From: Trichoplax adhaerens | Taxonomy: Eukaryota > Animalia > Placozoa | Reading direction: 5' to 3' | Assembly: GCF_000150275.1 (NCBI RefSeq) | Contig: NW_002060974.1 | Span: 342,633-406,632, forward strand | DNA: 64,000 bases | In this document: in pieces, positions 12,649 to 25,620 of the stretch | How positions within the stretch are numbered: position 1 is the first letter of the stretch | Layout of the letters: each line of letters starts with the position of its first letter | Program-made: the position numbers and the translations under genes | Notes under the pieces: generated by a model | What the model saw: the letters and a program-made list of their open reading frames with translations, nothing else | Database searches by the model: none | What the model was told of the DNA's origin: nothing

Positions 12649-15600
12649 ATGCCGAGTTCTTGCCCTAAATGTGGTGGTACTGATATTGACTACGATCAAG
12701 CACGAGGAGATGCAGCTTGTACGTCGTGTGGTGCTGTTTTAGAGGATAGTATTATCGTCTCGGAAATCAGCTTTAAGGAGAATGCTATGGGAGGTGCTAG
12801 TGTCATTGGACAGTATGTAGCTCCCGATGGTAAGTGCAATCAGTCATAGTCATGACATGATTAGACGATCAATCGTTATTGATATCGTTAATCCCGACCA
12901 TCAATTAGCTAGTTTACTTTAATATGTAATAACAACGTATAGAAATGCAATAGCCAAAGTGATTAGTTATTGACTTGCACTTTTGATAAGGGCAACGTAT
13001 TGTTTCGTTGCAAAACAATCATGGAAACACGTTATATCGAAATGGTAGAATTGTCTTTAAATACTATTTTAAAGCTATTCCAATGCATGGTTGTAATAGG
13101 ATGGATGAACTCCTCTATACTTGTAGCTGTCTATTATAGATAATATAATAATGACCACTGTAGAAACAGGAATGATCAGGAGATACTATACTTTTATTCT
13201 CAACATGAGACTTAGCGCATTATAAGCTTTGCCTTATGGCAGTACAAAATATACAGCGTAATGTCATTTCTGCAACAAGGTATGACAGGATAAATCAACC
13301 TTTTTGCTACATTTGTTGCTATTTTTACCCATAACTTGTATATCTTATATTGTGATAGGTAAATCTCATGGATATGTTGACGGATTTCATGGTTTTAGCA
13401 AAGAATCGCGGGAAATAACGCTACAAAATGGTAAAACTATGTTTTTATTACACTTGAAAATAGCATGTAAACACCGTATGCCATTACTGCACCGTACGCA
13501 GTCCTAATAAAGTGGCCGATAAGTTGATGCTGTAAAGTATTGCAAATATTTTTCGACGTTATTCTAGAGATGTAGCTAAGTGTAACGAATAGCCAGAATA
13601 ATCATACTACCTTTGCGTACTGCTGTTTATAAATTAATGAATAGAGATAATGCTATCATTGAACTATAGGAAAGAAGAGATTGACTCAATTAGGGCAACA
13701 GCTAAAACTGAATCAGAATTGTATTGATATGGGTTATCGATTTTTTAAAATGGCTGTCAACAAGAGATTAACTAGGGGTAGAAAGACATCTCATGTTGTT
13801 GCTGCTTGCTTATACATTGTATGTCGTGTAGAAGGTACTCCACGTATCCTTTGCCATGTTATCTTCCAGTACTATTTTCCTGAACGGAATCGATAATTAT
13901 ATTTTATTATATAATCTCTAGTGATTGATCTAATGAATTATCATCGTAATCTGTTGCTTATCAATTCGTGTTGTAAACTAGCAATATAACACTGAAACTG
14001 CGTTATTGCTTTCGAGTGTTATCTCCTTAACAGTATTATTAAAATGCATTTAGACATGCTGCTCGATTTCAGCGATATCTTACAGGTAAAGTTGATATAC
14101 AAATTACAAAGACTATTTGTTGGATAACTTAGTTAATGATTGCATATGTTATAAAGTATTAAAAATATTATAAAAGTAAGACCTGTCTCCGGGATTATTT
14201 TAATAATGATCTTTATTGTACGCTATTTGAACCTTGGTATCATTATTGGAATTAGGTTAATGTGTACGTGCTGGGTAAAACTTACTTAAGGATCACCGCA
14301 GCCTTATCCATCAATATTCCAGCTATTGGTAAGATTGCATATTTTAGCATAAACGAATACTCTAAATTATGTCAGTGCAATAAGATGCGAGTAGGGTCAA
14401 TTAGCATGACGGGTTATTTATGTTGTTTTCTTTACCTTGATTATTAAGCAATTGCTGTTACTGTTGAATACGCGTATATCTATTTGCTATTCTCATATAT
14501 TAGAAATATCACATTAGTTCATATTATTATACGACGTATGAACGCTCATGACTAATAGTTTCGATTTTGTGATCACAGACCCTTGTTTATACATTCATCG
14601 TTTTGCAAACAAACTGGAATTTGGCGATAAAACACACGATGTATGTATGATGGCGTTAAGATTAGTTGCTAGAATGAAACGTGATTGGATGCACCATGGT
14701 AGACGCCCATCGGGCTTATGCGGAGCTGGTAAGATATTTATAAACATAGTTTCTTTTTTACCTGCGAATGATTACTGATTCAAGATATCTTTGAATTGCG
14801 ATTCCGCAAACATATGTATACTGGACAACATTAAGTGGATACAGTAGTAACTTTACGTCTTTGGTATAATAGAATGGATGATGTTATAATAGTTACTTTG
14901 AAAATATTGAACTACGTATATTAGCTACTTGGACTTATATTGTATCGTCAGGACTCTAAAATGATCAACTTTATTATACTTATCAGGTCTTTTAGTTTCT
15001 GCACGACTTCATGGTTATAATCGTACGAAAAAGCAGATAATCCGTGTAGTTCGAGTTTGTGAAGCTACACTTAGAAAAAGGTGATAGCCTTCTTCCCAAT
15101 CATGGGCCTGTAAATTGTTCGCATATAAAGTGAAAACACTATATTGAAAGTTTGCGTATCATTTGTGCAGAGATTAGTAACTTCTGTATTCGAATTTTTC
15201 TGTAGCTTTCGTGTTTAGAAGTAACTATGCGATTATATTAAGTACTTCGTACACTTGCATTACAGACTTGGCGAGTTCGAAGAAACCCCATCGGCAAAGC
15301 TTACTATAGATGAATTTCAAAAGATAGATTTAGAAGAAGAGCAAGATCCTCCATCATTTACGCAAAGTAGAAAGCGTGCTAAACAGTTTCAGGTATAGCT
15401 TTCTATTATTGCACCAAACACCTTGTTATGGCTAGAGCGTGGCTTAGGAAGTTAAGTGTTGTAATATTAGTGCTACTTTGTTGTTTTTTCTAGGAAGATC
15501 CAGTGATATCAACGGATTTAGCAGGTACTCCATGATATTAATTACTATTGGATTATGTTAGAAATTTGAAGATATAAAATATGCGAATATAAATATGAAC

Positions 15601-17118
15601 GTTAATTGTTTACAGGGGAAGTTCAAGCTATTCAAGAAGAGCTTGAGAAGGTGCTTGAAAAGAAGCGATTATTAGAAGGTTTGCAAATTTATATATTTGA
15701 TATCATCGAATAACTATACTAATATTATCAAACCGATTGCCTTACTTTATTTGTAAAGATGTAGAACAGTCCAACCAAGAAGAAGAAAAGAGGGATAATA
15801 TACCTGTCTTAAATTCTACTAACAGTTATTGTACAAGGCTATCAGGCCCATTGCCAACCGTTGAAACTGTATGTGGCAGGACCCCATCTCTTGCTACACA
15901 AGAATTTAACGGTATGATACATCAAGATAATTTTTCTGTTGTCAAAAGAATCTATAAATATGTTATTGCATATTTATAACACTGAAGTAAAATTAAATTG
16001 TCTTTATTTCTAGATAAAGGCGTTGAGGAAGATCTTTCATATGTTGATGATGATGAGATTAATGAGGTAAAATAAAAGTTGTACTAAAACATATTGGTCA
16101 AAACTTCCGATACACATTGTATTGTTAATTTAATATAATATTCTTATAAAATTCTTGTCATCAAAGTATTTGTTAGACGAAAAAGAAGTTGAAATTAAAA
16201 CTAAAGTTTGGACTGAAGAAAATAAAGATTACCTAACTGCGCAATTAGGTTTGAATGCTTGCATGGCTTTATCACCTTAGGTAGCATTATGAAACTTAAC
16301 TATATTGCTATTATTTGTGCTAACCTTTATAACGTAGAAAAAGCAAGTCGAATTGATAAAGATTCTAATGATAAACCTGAATCCAAAAAGGTAATTTTAA
16401 AATACTCATCAATAACGTTAAGATGACTTATTGATTGCTCGTATTTGTAAATCAAGTTATGGAATCTAGTTTTTGACCTATTACTTATTATAAAATGTGA
16501 AAATTTTTGTCCTTCAGAGAAAGAGAAAATATAAAAGAAATCAACTTATTTCACCAGCAAATTCGGTTGGAGAAGCAATTGAGAAAATGCTCGCCGAGAA
16601 AAAGATATCTAGTAAAATCAATTATGAAGTATTGAGGGACTTAACGGAAACTAACGCTTGCACCACTAGCAGCGTGGAAAAGAATTCGAACTCGGCTAAC
16701 ACTTCGAAAGATACAGTCAACCAGAGGTATAGTAAAAGAAATGAAATTGATTGTTGCCTGACATTGTTTTTCTTATTTTCTATTTGTTTGTCTTCAGATC
16801 TACCTCTACTCCCGCATCATCTAGTAAGAAAATTTTGAAGGTAAGATCGTACTTAATGAGATTGCTAATTGATGAAGATATTTCCTGTTAATCAATCGTG
16901 GAAATGATGAGTTTCCTGAGGAGGTCTTCTTACGCATTTATATCTAGACAATACCTGAAGAAGTTTTGTCGAGCGATGTCACTGTAGAAACTGGACCGAT
17001 TGCCTATGAAACTGGACCAATTGAATATGAAAGTGTACCTACAAATGATAATGAAGCAACATTAACAAATGAAATTCTATATGAGTCTAACTCTGATGAT
17101 TCGGATTACAGTAGTTAA
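12649..17118 (+). CDS. BRF1: Transcription factor IIIB 90 kDa subunit (TFIIB-related factor 1), 17 exons
   Basis: Zn ribbon CPKC...CTSC, cyclin repeats ([34 protein letters not shown]; [16 protein letters not shown]; [19 protein letters not shown]; [16 protein letters not shown]; [12 protein letters not shown]) and the C-terminal TBP-binding block ([21 protein letters not shown]). Exons: 12649-12829, 13359-13430, 13670-13843, 14054-14085, 14256-14328, 14579-14728, 14987-15080, 15266-15392, 15494-15524, 15616-15678, 15759-15911, 16014-16066, 16167-16248, 16338-16390, 16518-16726, 16798-16840, 16948-17118. Frame is preserved across the junctions. Confidence 0.96.
13844..14053 (+). other. U12-type (minor spliceosome) GT-AG intron, BRF1 intron 3
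   Basis: 5' splice site GTATCCTTT (13844-13852), branch site TCCTTAAC (14024-14031), no polypyrimidine tract, 3' AG at 14052-14053. Splicing restores the conserved GTP-H-MLLD. Confidence 0.9.
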
Positions 17119-20100
17119 CTAGCTGGTGTTTACGAATTTCGGGCAAGCTATTTTATTTAACGTTGGTATTGTTTATTCTTGCCACCATTTTTTATCGTTC
17201 ATTCGTACCTGTGTAGACAGTAATTGCAGAAAATTGCCAAGTTGGCTTTACTGCTGCTAGTTATGGAATATAGCTGTATGAAGCCATCGACTTTTAAATA
17301 TTAACGATGTTTATGGATGGGTATATCTGCCTTATAGAGTTATGGTCTACCTAACACCTTTTTCTTCGTTTGATGAGGCTTCTATTGATATCCTGGTGCA
17401 TCCGAAATATCGATACACGGCTCGGTCTATTTTATATATATTTTGTCTTTATTACTACTAATTTTCATGAATGATTGTACAACGAAAATATTGCTCTTCC
17501 ATAATGAAAAGAATGATAGTTAAAAAAGTTTAATTTTATTAGCCGATTATATTTGTAATGTATATTATTCATATTGCAAGTTATATAATGCATGTACATC
17601 GAGTACGATTTGTATGCAATTGTAACTTTTTTATATACTGATTCTCTTTAGTAATGATAAGAGATTTACCTGGGTCTATTTTTTTATTTTTGTACTATAG
17701 AGATATTGTATATATAACTATTATTAACAATTCAAAAGCAGCTTATATTGGAGATGTTTATTGGATATTAAACTTTAATGCCTATTTATTTCCTATTACT
17801 AAAATTATCACTTATGAGCAGTGCTGAATACGCTCGGTATTGTCTCATTAGTGAATTCTGTATAGTATCATTGCACTAACATTCTCAAGTACTTAAAATC
17901 TATCTTGAATATTACTGAATGTTCGATATCCTTTCTGATAATACCGATCATTGAGCGAAAGTATTGGTATTTATGTCAAATTTGCCCTTGAAGTTGTTAT
18001 TGATATGATTAAACTGGAAAATAAAGATCTTTCATAGAGAAGCTAGTTAAGAACGGAATGTTCCTTCTAATGGTCATGTTATGTTTTCAGTTAAAGAATA
18101 CAGTTGAAGTAAAGATGGGTCGAGAAAGTCCAATTAATATTATTTATAGTATTTGCTTATTATTATAAAATTATATATATATGTTTGAGTAAATACGCAA
18201 ATTGTACTGTACAAATCACACGCCAATAATATACAGCAATTAATTAAGCTGTAGCTTTATTCTACGTCAGGTTTGAAATAGCACTATAGCATTTCAACTG
18301 CAGTATATGTAAGCGTTTTATTGTAGCATACTTATGAAGGTAAAATTGCATTAAATTATATCCGATATTTTTTTATTTTCACATGATGCCTGTATCTAAA
18401 TACAGGCCATGTCTTTCTTATCCATATAGACAACCAGGGTTTCTTATGGCAGATGGATTCATTCATACTTAGAAGGTATAGTAGTATACCGGCTTATTTA
18501 CTGAACAGTATATCAATACGTATACGAGTAAACAAGTAATTTCTAGTTATTTTTAACGAATTGGCCACCAGCAGTGGATGTTTTCTGTCATGCAGGGCGT
18601 ATATTTATATAATTAATCATTCATCAATTCTCCGTTGTAGTACATACGTTAAAAATAGTTAATTTTTGATTCGTTGGTTATTACCTTCAAAAGATACAGT
18701 AAACATTAGCTAGATTCGGCTTAGAAACCACATTAAATGGGAATTAGTTGTCCATGATCCATTTTTGTCACTGTTTTCATTTTGATTTGATCAAATTTAC
18801 TTATACTTTGTGAAATCAATAATGGCTTAGATTTGAGTTAATCGAATGAACATAGCCAGTAGTACAGTACTGTACAGTTTAATTGCTATACAATCGTACG
18901 TACGAGTTGTTATGCCAGCATTGTAATTCGTATATGCATGCAATGATCAGTTAAGGCCTAAATCTTTACTAATTTCTTTATCGTTGGTAACATTACCCGT
19001 TGGAATCTATTTCGATGCATCGTATACGTACGCTGGAAAAGTTTGATAAATCCATTCAAGCCTTGCCATCTTGTATTTTAGGCTACTACTGTGTTACTAT
19101 ATTCTACTGACACCTTAAAACGAAACGCAATGCATTCCTAAATGTGCATGTTATTTTCAATGTTATAATGTAGATGGCATCAGCTATTTGCTTGCATAAG
19201 CGTATTTAGTTTGTTCGACAAATTTAGCTGATAGTGATCAATGTTTTCGCGTCCTGTGTAGATTTTATCCTTCGCTTATACTATACTCCTAACTGTACCG
19301 TAGGATAAAATAACAAAATTCAATAATGACGATACCGCCCCACACTCCACTCTCGGCATCCCAGCGATGCCACCTGCAGTCGTGTGTACAACACTGTAAA
19401 TAGTAAAGTGAGTCTGCTGTAAACTAGCAAGTATCACACTAAACTTTGTAATTCTGATAGGCAAGCTCTATTCAGACTGCATACCAATGATGCCATGACC
19501 AGATTGAACGATATTAATTAGCTATCGCTGCTGTTGTTAATTAACTATCTGATCTATTAATCATTGCAAGATGATGAAAAAGGTCGGGATGCTGGAATGA
19601 CAAGCAATTATAGAGCTGGTTACTAATGGGCCTGATGGAATTCCGCTGAGGGTCCAATTTATAATCATTCATATGCCTTCCAGTATTGTGAAGATACTGC
19701 CTATTGTATTGATTTAACTCATGGAAACCAATCTTGTCAAGACGCTAAATTAGTCCTGTTTTCACTCCTGTACCACGTTGGAAAACTTTACTCTACTTTT
19801 AATTTCGGAGCAGACTGGAAAATGCTATGCATACTTTTAAGTATGCATGTGTCCGCTATGTACTCTTGTACAGTGTCCATATTCAACTGTACTATACGTG
19901 TATAGTTGACAACGACGGAATGACTACTGTATTATATACTCCGTGGATAGTGGATAGTGGATACGATAACGATGTCAGTGCCTCATTTTCACATGCTGAT
20001 AATTCAGAATTTTATCAAGGGAGTGACACAGAGAGATCTGCATGTTAATGACTGCCTACTAGCAGAGCAAGTGGAGTCATTTGTACTCATTTTCTACCAA

Positions 20101-20480
20101 AAATCTACTGTAGCAGGATTCTTGAATGGGATGAATGGAAGGCTATTAAGTTAACCATGACGCAACTTTTCATCTTGTCGATCAATGAATCTTATTGTTT
20201 ACTAAATTGATTAGCATCAGGATTTAATCCAAAGGAGGTGATAACATAATGAATGATCATCAATTAGAGCGTAATTAAAAATGTCGCTTTGATTTAAAAG
20301 TGCAGACTACTTTAGTGATGAATACAAGATGTTCATCATGGTAAAATACCATGCAGCAAAGGACATGATGATCATGAACGATGGCCATCCAAGGAATCAT
20401 CGTGTTAACGAAGCAACCATGACTATTTGGGACCGTATCGGCTCACTTACTTGACAACGTTGTATTACTATATACTGCGC

Positions 20481-20510
20481 CATGGACTACCAACGAAGTA
20501 GTAGTCCATG
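20481..20510. repeat. Perfect 10-bp inverted repeat / hairpin CATGGACTAC-N10-GTAGTCCATG
   Basis: Read directly from the sequence. Confidence 0.8.
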
Positions 20511-23040
20511 ACTGGACTTGAACATTATTCGACGAGACTCCCATTACTTGCCATAGTCATAGGGTGCTCCGTGGGGAAACCGGTTCCGCCGGATTTGTTA
20601 TTACTTATTATGATTGCCTTTTAACCGGTTATTACCGGTTATTGACGTCCAATCCACTATTTCGTAGTAACCGTGGCACGCTCCAATACAGTACAGTACA
20701 CACGCATTACCGACATAGCGTACAGTACTGTAGGCTCCAGTAGATTCTCTTCTGGTCTACAGTACTAATACTGTATGACCGACTAGGATAGTACCAGTAC
20801 TGTAACAGTATCGACGAATAATTGCTGCAGTATTTGTAAACATGGTGAATTATTTTGGGACACGAAAAGTAAACATGGTAGTAGAAGGACACAAATGGAT
20901 GGATGACGATTTGGACAAGAGGGAAAAGATAAATCAATTAATCCAATGGCTTGAGATGATGGCAGAGTGATAAATGGTATGACAGATCAGCATCAAAATC
21001 ATAGACAAGCATCCAAAGTTGTATCCTCCACACCCTAGTGATGATAACACAGAACAATCAATCATGTTCTAATTGCCATTAATCTCATCGATTGTCGCGA
21101 AGAGGCAGGAAAGCGCTATGATTCCCATTCAAATACAGCATTCTACTGGATTGCATTGAAATGATAATGAATTCATTCAAGCATCCGTACCCCGCAAGCT
21201 ATTTCGCGTTGCTATTAAATGCTAAGCCAATCCAATAGTTATTGTTGTTTTGATCAATCCGTTAGTTTTGCAGTATTGTCAAGGCGTTTAATCCATACTG
21301 TAGTAGAGTCCAGTATGTATAGGCATTTATTGGGCAATCGTCAATCCATTTTATTGCTATGAATAATGTTGAATAATTGTATCCCATTCATTTATTCTGC
21401 AATTATAAAGGATAAAGTGGTGTCGAAACGGGCGATGTTTATTATGTTAATGAAAGGGCTGATGGCAATCTAGCGCCTACAACTGTACTCTACACTAATA
21501 GCAGTAATATGTTACGGTTATGCACTACTTGCTGTAGTGGTGTGGTCTAGTTTAATGAATTGTTCAAGTCCGTCCCCAGATCATGCTAGTCTATCTAGCC
21601 TTGGCAATTGTTCAAAACTCAGCGGTAGTGAAAATTAATCCAGTCCTCCTACCTTACCCATAACAGCATAACAGTGTTAATTCAATCATGACAATATTCA
21701 AAAGTCATGCAAGGCCTCCCAAAAGATGGACAAGCCAAAAATGTTAGGGTTACATAGGCATAGTGTGTCTTTCTCAGGCACAAGATCGCTTAATTTAAAA
21801 TACATCCATGATCATGACTTGGGATTTTGAATACTGTATCTAAAGTAGAGTTCAAAGGGCGGCTGAATGGAGTCCATGCTACCTTTGTGGGTACATACAA
21901 CCGGTACACATGATACAGAGCAGTTTAATGTAAATATGGGATAGGCTAGAAGCCACTAAAACATGAATTGCTTGACTATACTGAACAGTCTAGAGCCGTC
22001 TACGTTCAGGAATGGATAGCGGTTTGCGCGCTGTCCAAGAATAGATTGCATCATCATTCATTTTCCTCTCGAGTAGCACCGTACTGTTGTAAACTACCTC
22101 GAGAGAGATAGAGCTTTGTATCATTTACAAAGACTCCTATCCATACTAGAGTAACACGCATGAGTCTATCCATGACTAAACATTTTTCCATTTGTTGACA
22201 GTGACAGTCGTTGCAAGTGAGAAAGAAGTATTGATTTTCGGCCTATACCGCTATATATCCATTAATTTTTAGCCGTAGAAATCAAACGGTCCAATTCAAT
22301 GTTCATCATGGACCATTGGCCACTGTAACGACAAGATTTTCAACTTGTCTTTGTTACTACACCAACGTCCAATGTTGACGCTTGCAAAACGTCAGCATGA
22401 GTGACAAGGTGGCATGAACCTGTGTGTGGTGTTTATTTATTAATTTACGCATATTTATTTTTAATACGTGTTGTGTCCAGCCTTAGTGTTGCTCTGTATT
22501 ACGCCGTCAATTGTGCAAAATAAGACCTGAATAAGCAATCAAGGATGTCCAAGTTGATTTGTAATCCATCCTTGCTTTAGTCATTGATCGCCTATCATTA
22601 TGATCGAGTAATTCATGTTCGTTTCCAGCAAGTTTTGTAGTATTGTCCATTGAATTCACCAGTTCGACACATTGCTCTTGCTACCCATCCAAGCAAGTAC
22701 AATAGTCGACTGCTTAGAGGAAAAGCATGTGTATTCCACTGACTGTTTATAGTCCAATCATGTCGATGCTTGTGTATTTTCCACATCGACTACTACGTAA
22801 AGTAAACTAATCCACTCCATCGTTCATCGTTGATGCGCTTGGAATGAACGCTACAGTATGGCAAGCCGTCATGATTGATTTCGTCAGCATGAGACACTCC
22901 TTCCATCCTTTCAGCCGGCGTACAGTACCCGCCAACATTGTACAGTACGCCTTGATGGATAGTACGGTACAGCATTGCGCCAAATGGAATGCACCAGTCA
23001 ATGTACAATTTGGGGGCATTGTTGATCGGCAGGCATCTAG

Positions 23041-23228
23041 CCAATAAGATTGTAGCTCAAGGTGGCTCTCGCCAGCTCTGATTGGTCTCTCATCGCCCTA
23101 TTGTACGGCAGATGGTCGCTTGTGGTGAGTACACACTTCACTTTACCGCTACCGCTTGACCATTATTAGAAAGGAAAAACGAATCCATACAACAACAAAC
23201 GTCGCTGGCTCCTGGCACGAGGTAATGG
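23041..23228 (+). promoter_or_regulatory. Putative SLC3 promoter (paired CCAAT/ATTGG boxes) and non-coding first exon
   Basis: CCAAT at 23041 and ATTGG at 23081 in a GC-richer patch, then a good donor GAG|GTAATG at 23222. Candidate acceptor TTGTAG at ~23727-23732, upstream of the ATG at 23839. Confidence 0.35.
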
Positions 23229-23838
23229 AATTTTCTTCGCCACTGTAAATCTTTGAATTTCAAGCCATTTTTTTCCTTCTTCTTATAGCGTGGATAAAGT
23301 CTTACTTCATTCTATATACAGTCATGATGAATAAGTGTTTAATGGTTATTTTATGTTGGTAGTGAGAGAGAGCAAAGGGTTGTTTTTTTATTGCAGATTG
23401 CTTATGTTGATACGCTACAGTAACTAAATCATCCTCGCCATTTTGAGTCCTCTTATTGTCTTTGACTGTACTGTATTTTTTTTCACTGTCGCTACTATTA
23501 GATTCACACGGTGTTTTGGGCGCGGAATTGTTTTTGTGGATTGTTATCACGGGTTTTTGTAAGTCCTTTGCATAGAATAGTGCTTTAAAAGCCAACTGGA
23601 TACAGACCATGACAGGGTAGAGTAGAAAGTAGATGAATTGACGTTATCCTTTTTTTTCCCCCTTGCTATTGGTATTATAGGAGAAGGATCTTCTTTCTTT
23701 CAACTGCCCTTTTAACTCAACGTTGATTGTAGACAAGTGAGTCAAGACCGGAAAAGTGTAAACTCCTTTTTTCGTGTGTGTGTGTGTGCTGTCTAAGACT
23801 GCGACTAACGTACAAGAGGAAAAGAAAAAAAATCCAAA

Positions 23839-25620
23839 ATGGGAACTGAAGAAGATCACAGAAATGGCGAATCCAATAACGTTGACAACCCAAGTGAAAA
23901 GGAAAAGATTGATTTTTATACGCCTGGGTTAGTTTTAACACGTAAAATTTTCTTATGGGCGTACGCATTGGGTACTATTGGTGTCTTGATTGCCGCCTTT
24001 GCCTTAATTGCTACCATGCCTAAACGATGCCCTAAAGAACGTACTTGGTATCAACAAAATGTCATGTACAAAGTTTATGTACCATCGTATAAAGATAGTG
24101 ATGGCGACGGAATTGGCGACTTAAATGGCATTTTATCCAAGTTAGACTACATTGCTAGTTTAAATGTCAAAACACTCTGGTTAAGTTCATTGTATGAGGC
24201 ACCGACTACTGGGATCAAACCCAACGGCATGGAATCGAATTTTACCGCTGTTGATTCTAAATTAGGCACAACTGCCGATTTATCTGCTTTAATTCGCGCT
24301 GTCCACAAGAAAAAAATGAAAATTATGCTCGACTTTTTACCTACCGCTACCAGCAACAACAACAGTTGGTTTATTGAAAGTCGAAGCTCTCTTGATAATG
24401 CCAAAAGTAACTGGTATGTTTGGGAAAATCCATACAATGGTGGCCCACCACGAGTCAATTGGAGTTCAACAGAGAATAACAATATCCATTGGCAATATGA
24501 TAATCTCCGCCAACAATATTACATGTACTATGATATCAAGGAACGACCAGAGTTAAATTTCAAGAGTAGTTCGTTGCGTGCTGAAATCAAAAGGATTTTC
24601 AGTTATTATCTTAAATTAGGTATTGATGCTTTCAATATCCATGGTATGGAATGGCATTTCGGTAGTGGTTCAACTGTCAACGGCAATGTCAGACCATCAT
24701 TTAGTGTCTTATCTGAATGGAATACTCAAGTTGCTGGCTATACTGACACCAAGTATACCTTCTTGGTTGGTCAAGTGCCCAACGATATCAATGCTATAAC
24801 CGTTAGCCAATCGTGTAAATTCAATGCTCTCTACTTGTTAACCTATAGTCTACTACCCAACAATGGCCCATTAACTGGTACTGGTATTGCCAATGTTGTC
24901 TCCAATTGGATTGCTACTGTTAGCATGTCTTCACCCAATCGTTATCCACATTGGATGTTGCGTAACCAAGCTAAAACCCGAGTTGCTGCAAGTTTCGGTC
25001 GCCAATATATTGATGCTTTGAACTTTATTATGATGACTTTACCCGGTGTGCCCAGCAGTTATTACGGCGAAGAAATTGGTATGATTGATAGCACTGTTTC
25101 TTATGCACAAACTCGTGACCCATTAGCTCTACTCTACGGCCCTACCAACTATGCCACTGTATCACAAGATAAAACAAGAGGACCAATGGCATGGAATTCA
25201 ACCACCAATGCCGACTTTACTAATGGTACATCAACGTGGTTACCACTTGCAAGTGATTACTCAACTGTTAATGTCGCTAGTCAAGTTGGCTCGGTCGATT
25301 CTAACCTAGAACGTTATAAAAATATCACAGCCTTTCGAGCTAGCGAAGATTTACTCAAAACGGGCAACTACAGTCGTGTTATGGCCACCAATGAAGTTTT
25401 CGCTTTCTTCCGTTACTCCAGTAGTAAAAGCTACGTTGTCATGACTGTTGCCAATGTTGGTGCAACTTCACAAAATGTTGACATCAAACAGTATTATGGT
25501 ACATCTGCTACAACCGCTACTGTCAAAGCGGCTACTAGGTCTAGTGTTCATGGCACTACCGTTCAATTGAACAACATACAGCTAGCCAGTGGTGAAGCCG
25601 TAGTAGTACAAATTGGTTAG
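23839..25620 (+). CDS. SLC3A1: SLC3-family heavy chain of heteromeric amino-acid transporters (rBAT/4F2hc-like): type II membrane protein with an inactive GH13 alpha-amylase-like ectodomain; intronless CDS
   Basis: 593-aa ORF: short cytosolic N-terminus, one TM helix (IFLWAYALGTIGVLIAAFALIA), then PKRC (the Cys that links to the SLC7 light chain), WYQ..MYKVYVPSYKDSDGDGIGDLNGI, NWYVW, YGEEIGM, SQDKTRGPMAW. AATAAA at ~25830. May be co-orthologous to both SLC3A1 and SLC3A2. Confidence 0.88.
   Translation: MGTEEDHRNGESNNVDNPSEKEKIDFYTPGLVLTRKIFLWAYALGTIGVLIAAFALIATMPKRCPKERTWYQQNVMYKVYVPSYKDSDGDGIGDLNGILSKLDYIASLNVKTLWLSSLYEAPTTGIKPNGMESNFTAVDSKLGTTADLSALIRAVHKKKMKIMLDFLPTATSNNNSWFIESRSSLDNAKSNWYVWENPYNGGPPRVNWSSTENNNIHWQYDNLRQQYYMYYDIKERPELNFKSSSLRAEIKRIFSYYLKLGIDAFNIHGMEWHFGSGSTVNGNVRPSFSVLSEWNTQVAGYTDTKYTFLVGQVPNDINAITVSQSCKFNALYLLTYSLLPNNGPLTGTGIANVVSNWIATVSMSSPNRYPHWMLRNQAKTRVAASFGRQYIDALNFIMMTLPGVPSSYYGEEIGMIDSTVSYAQTRDPLALLYGPTNYATVSQDKTRGPMAWNSTTNADFTNGTSTWLPLASDYSTVNVASQVGSVDSNLERYKNITAFRASEDLLKTGNYSRVMATNEVFAFFRYSSSKSYVVMTVANVGATSQNVDIKQYYGTSATTATVKAATRSSVHGTTVQLNNIQLASGEAVVVQIG

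Noticed and set aside
22793-23610. Overlapping short ORFs upstream of SLC3, and the (GT)n at ~23774-23788
   Set aside because: No domain similarity or splice-consistent structure; the microsatellite is short and unremarkable.
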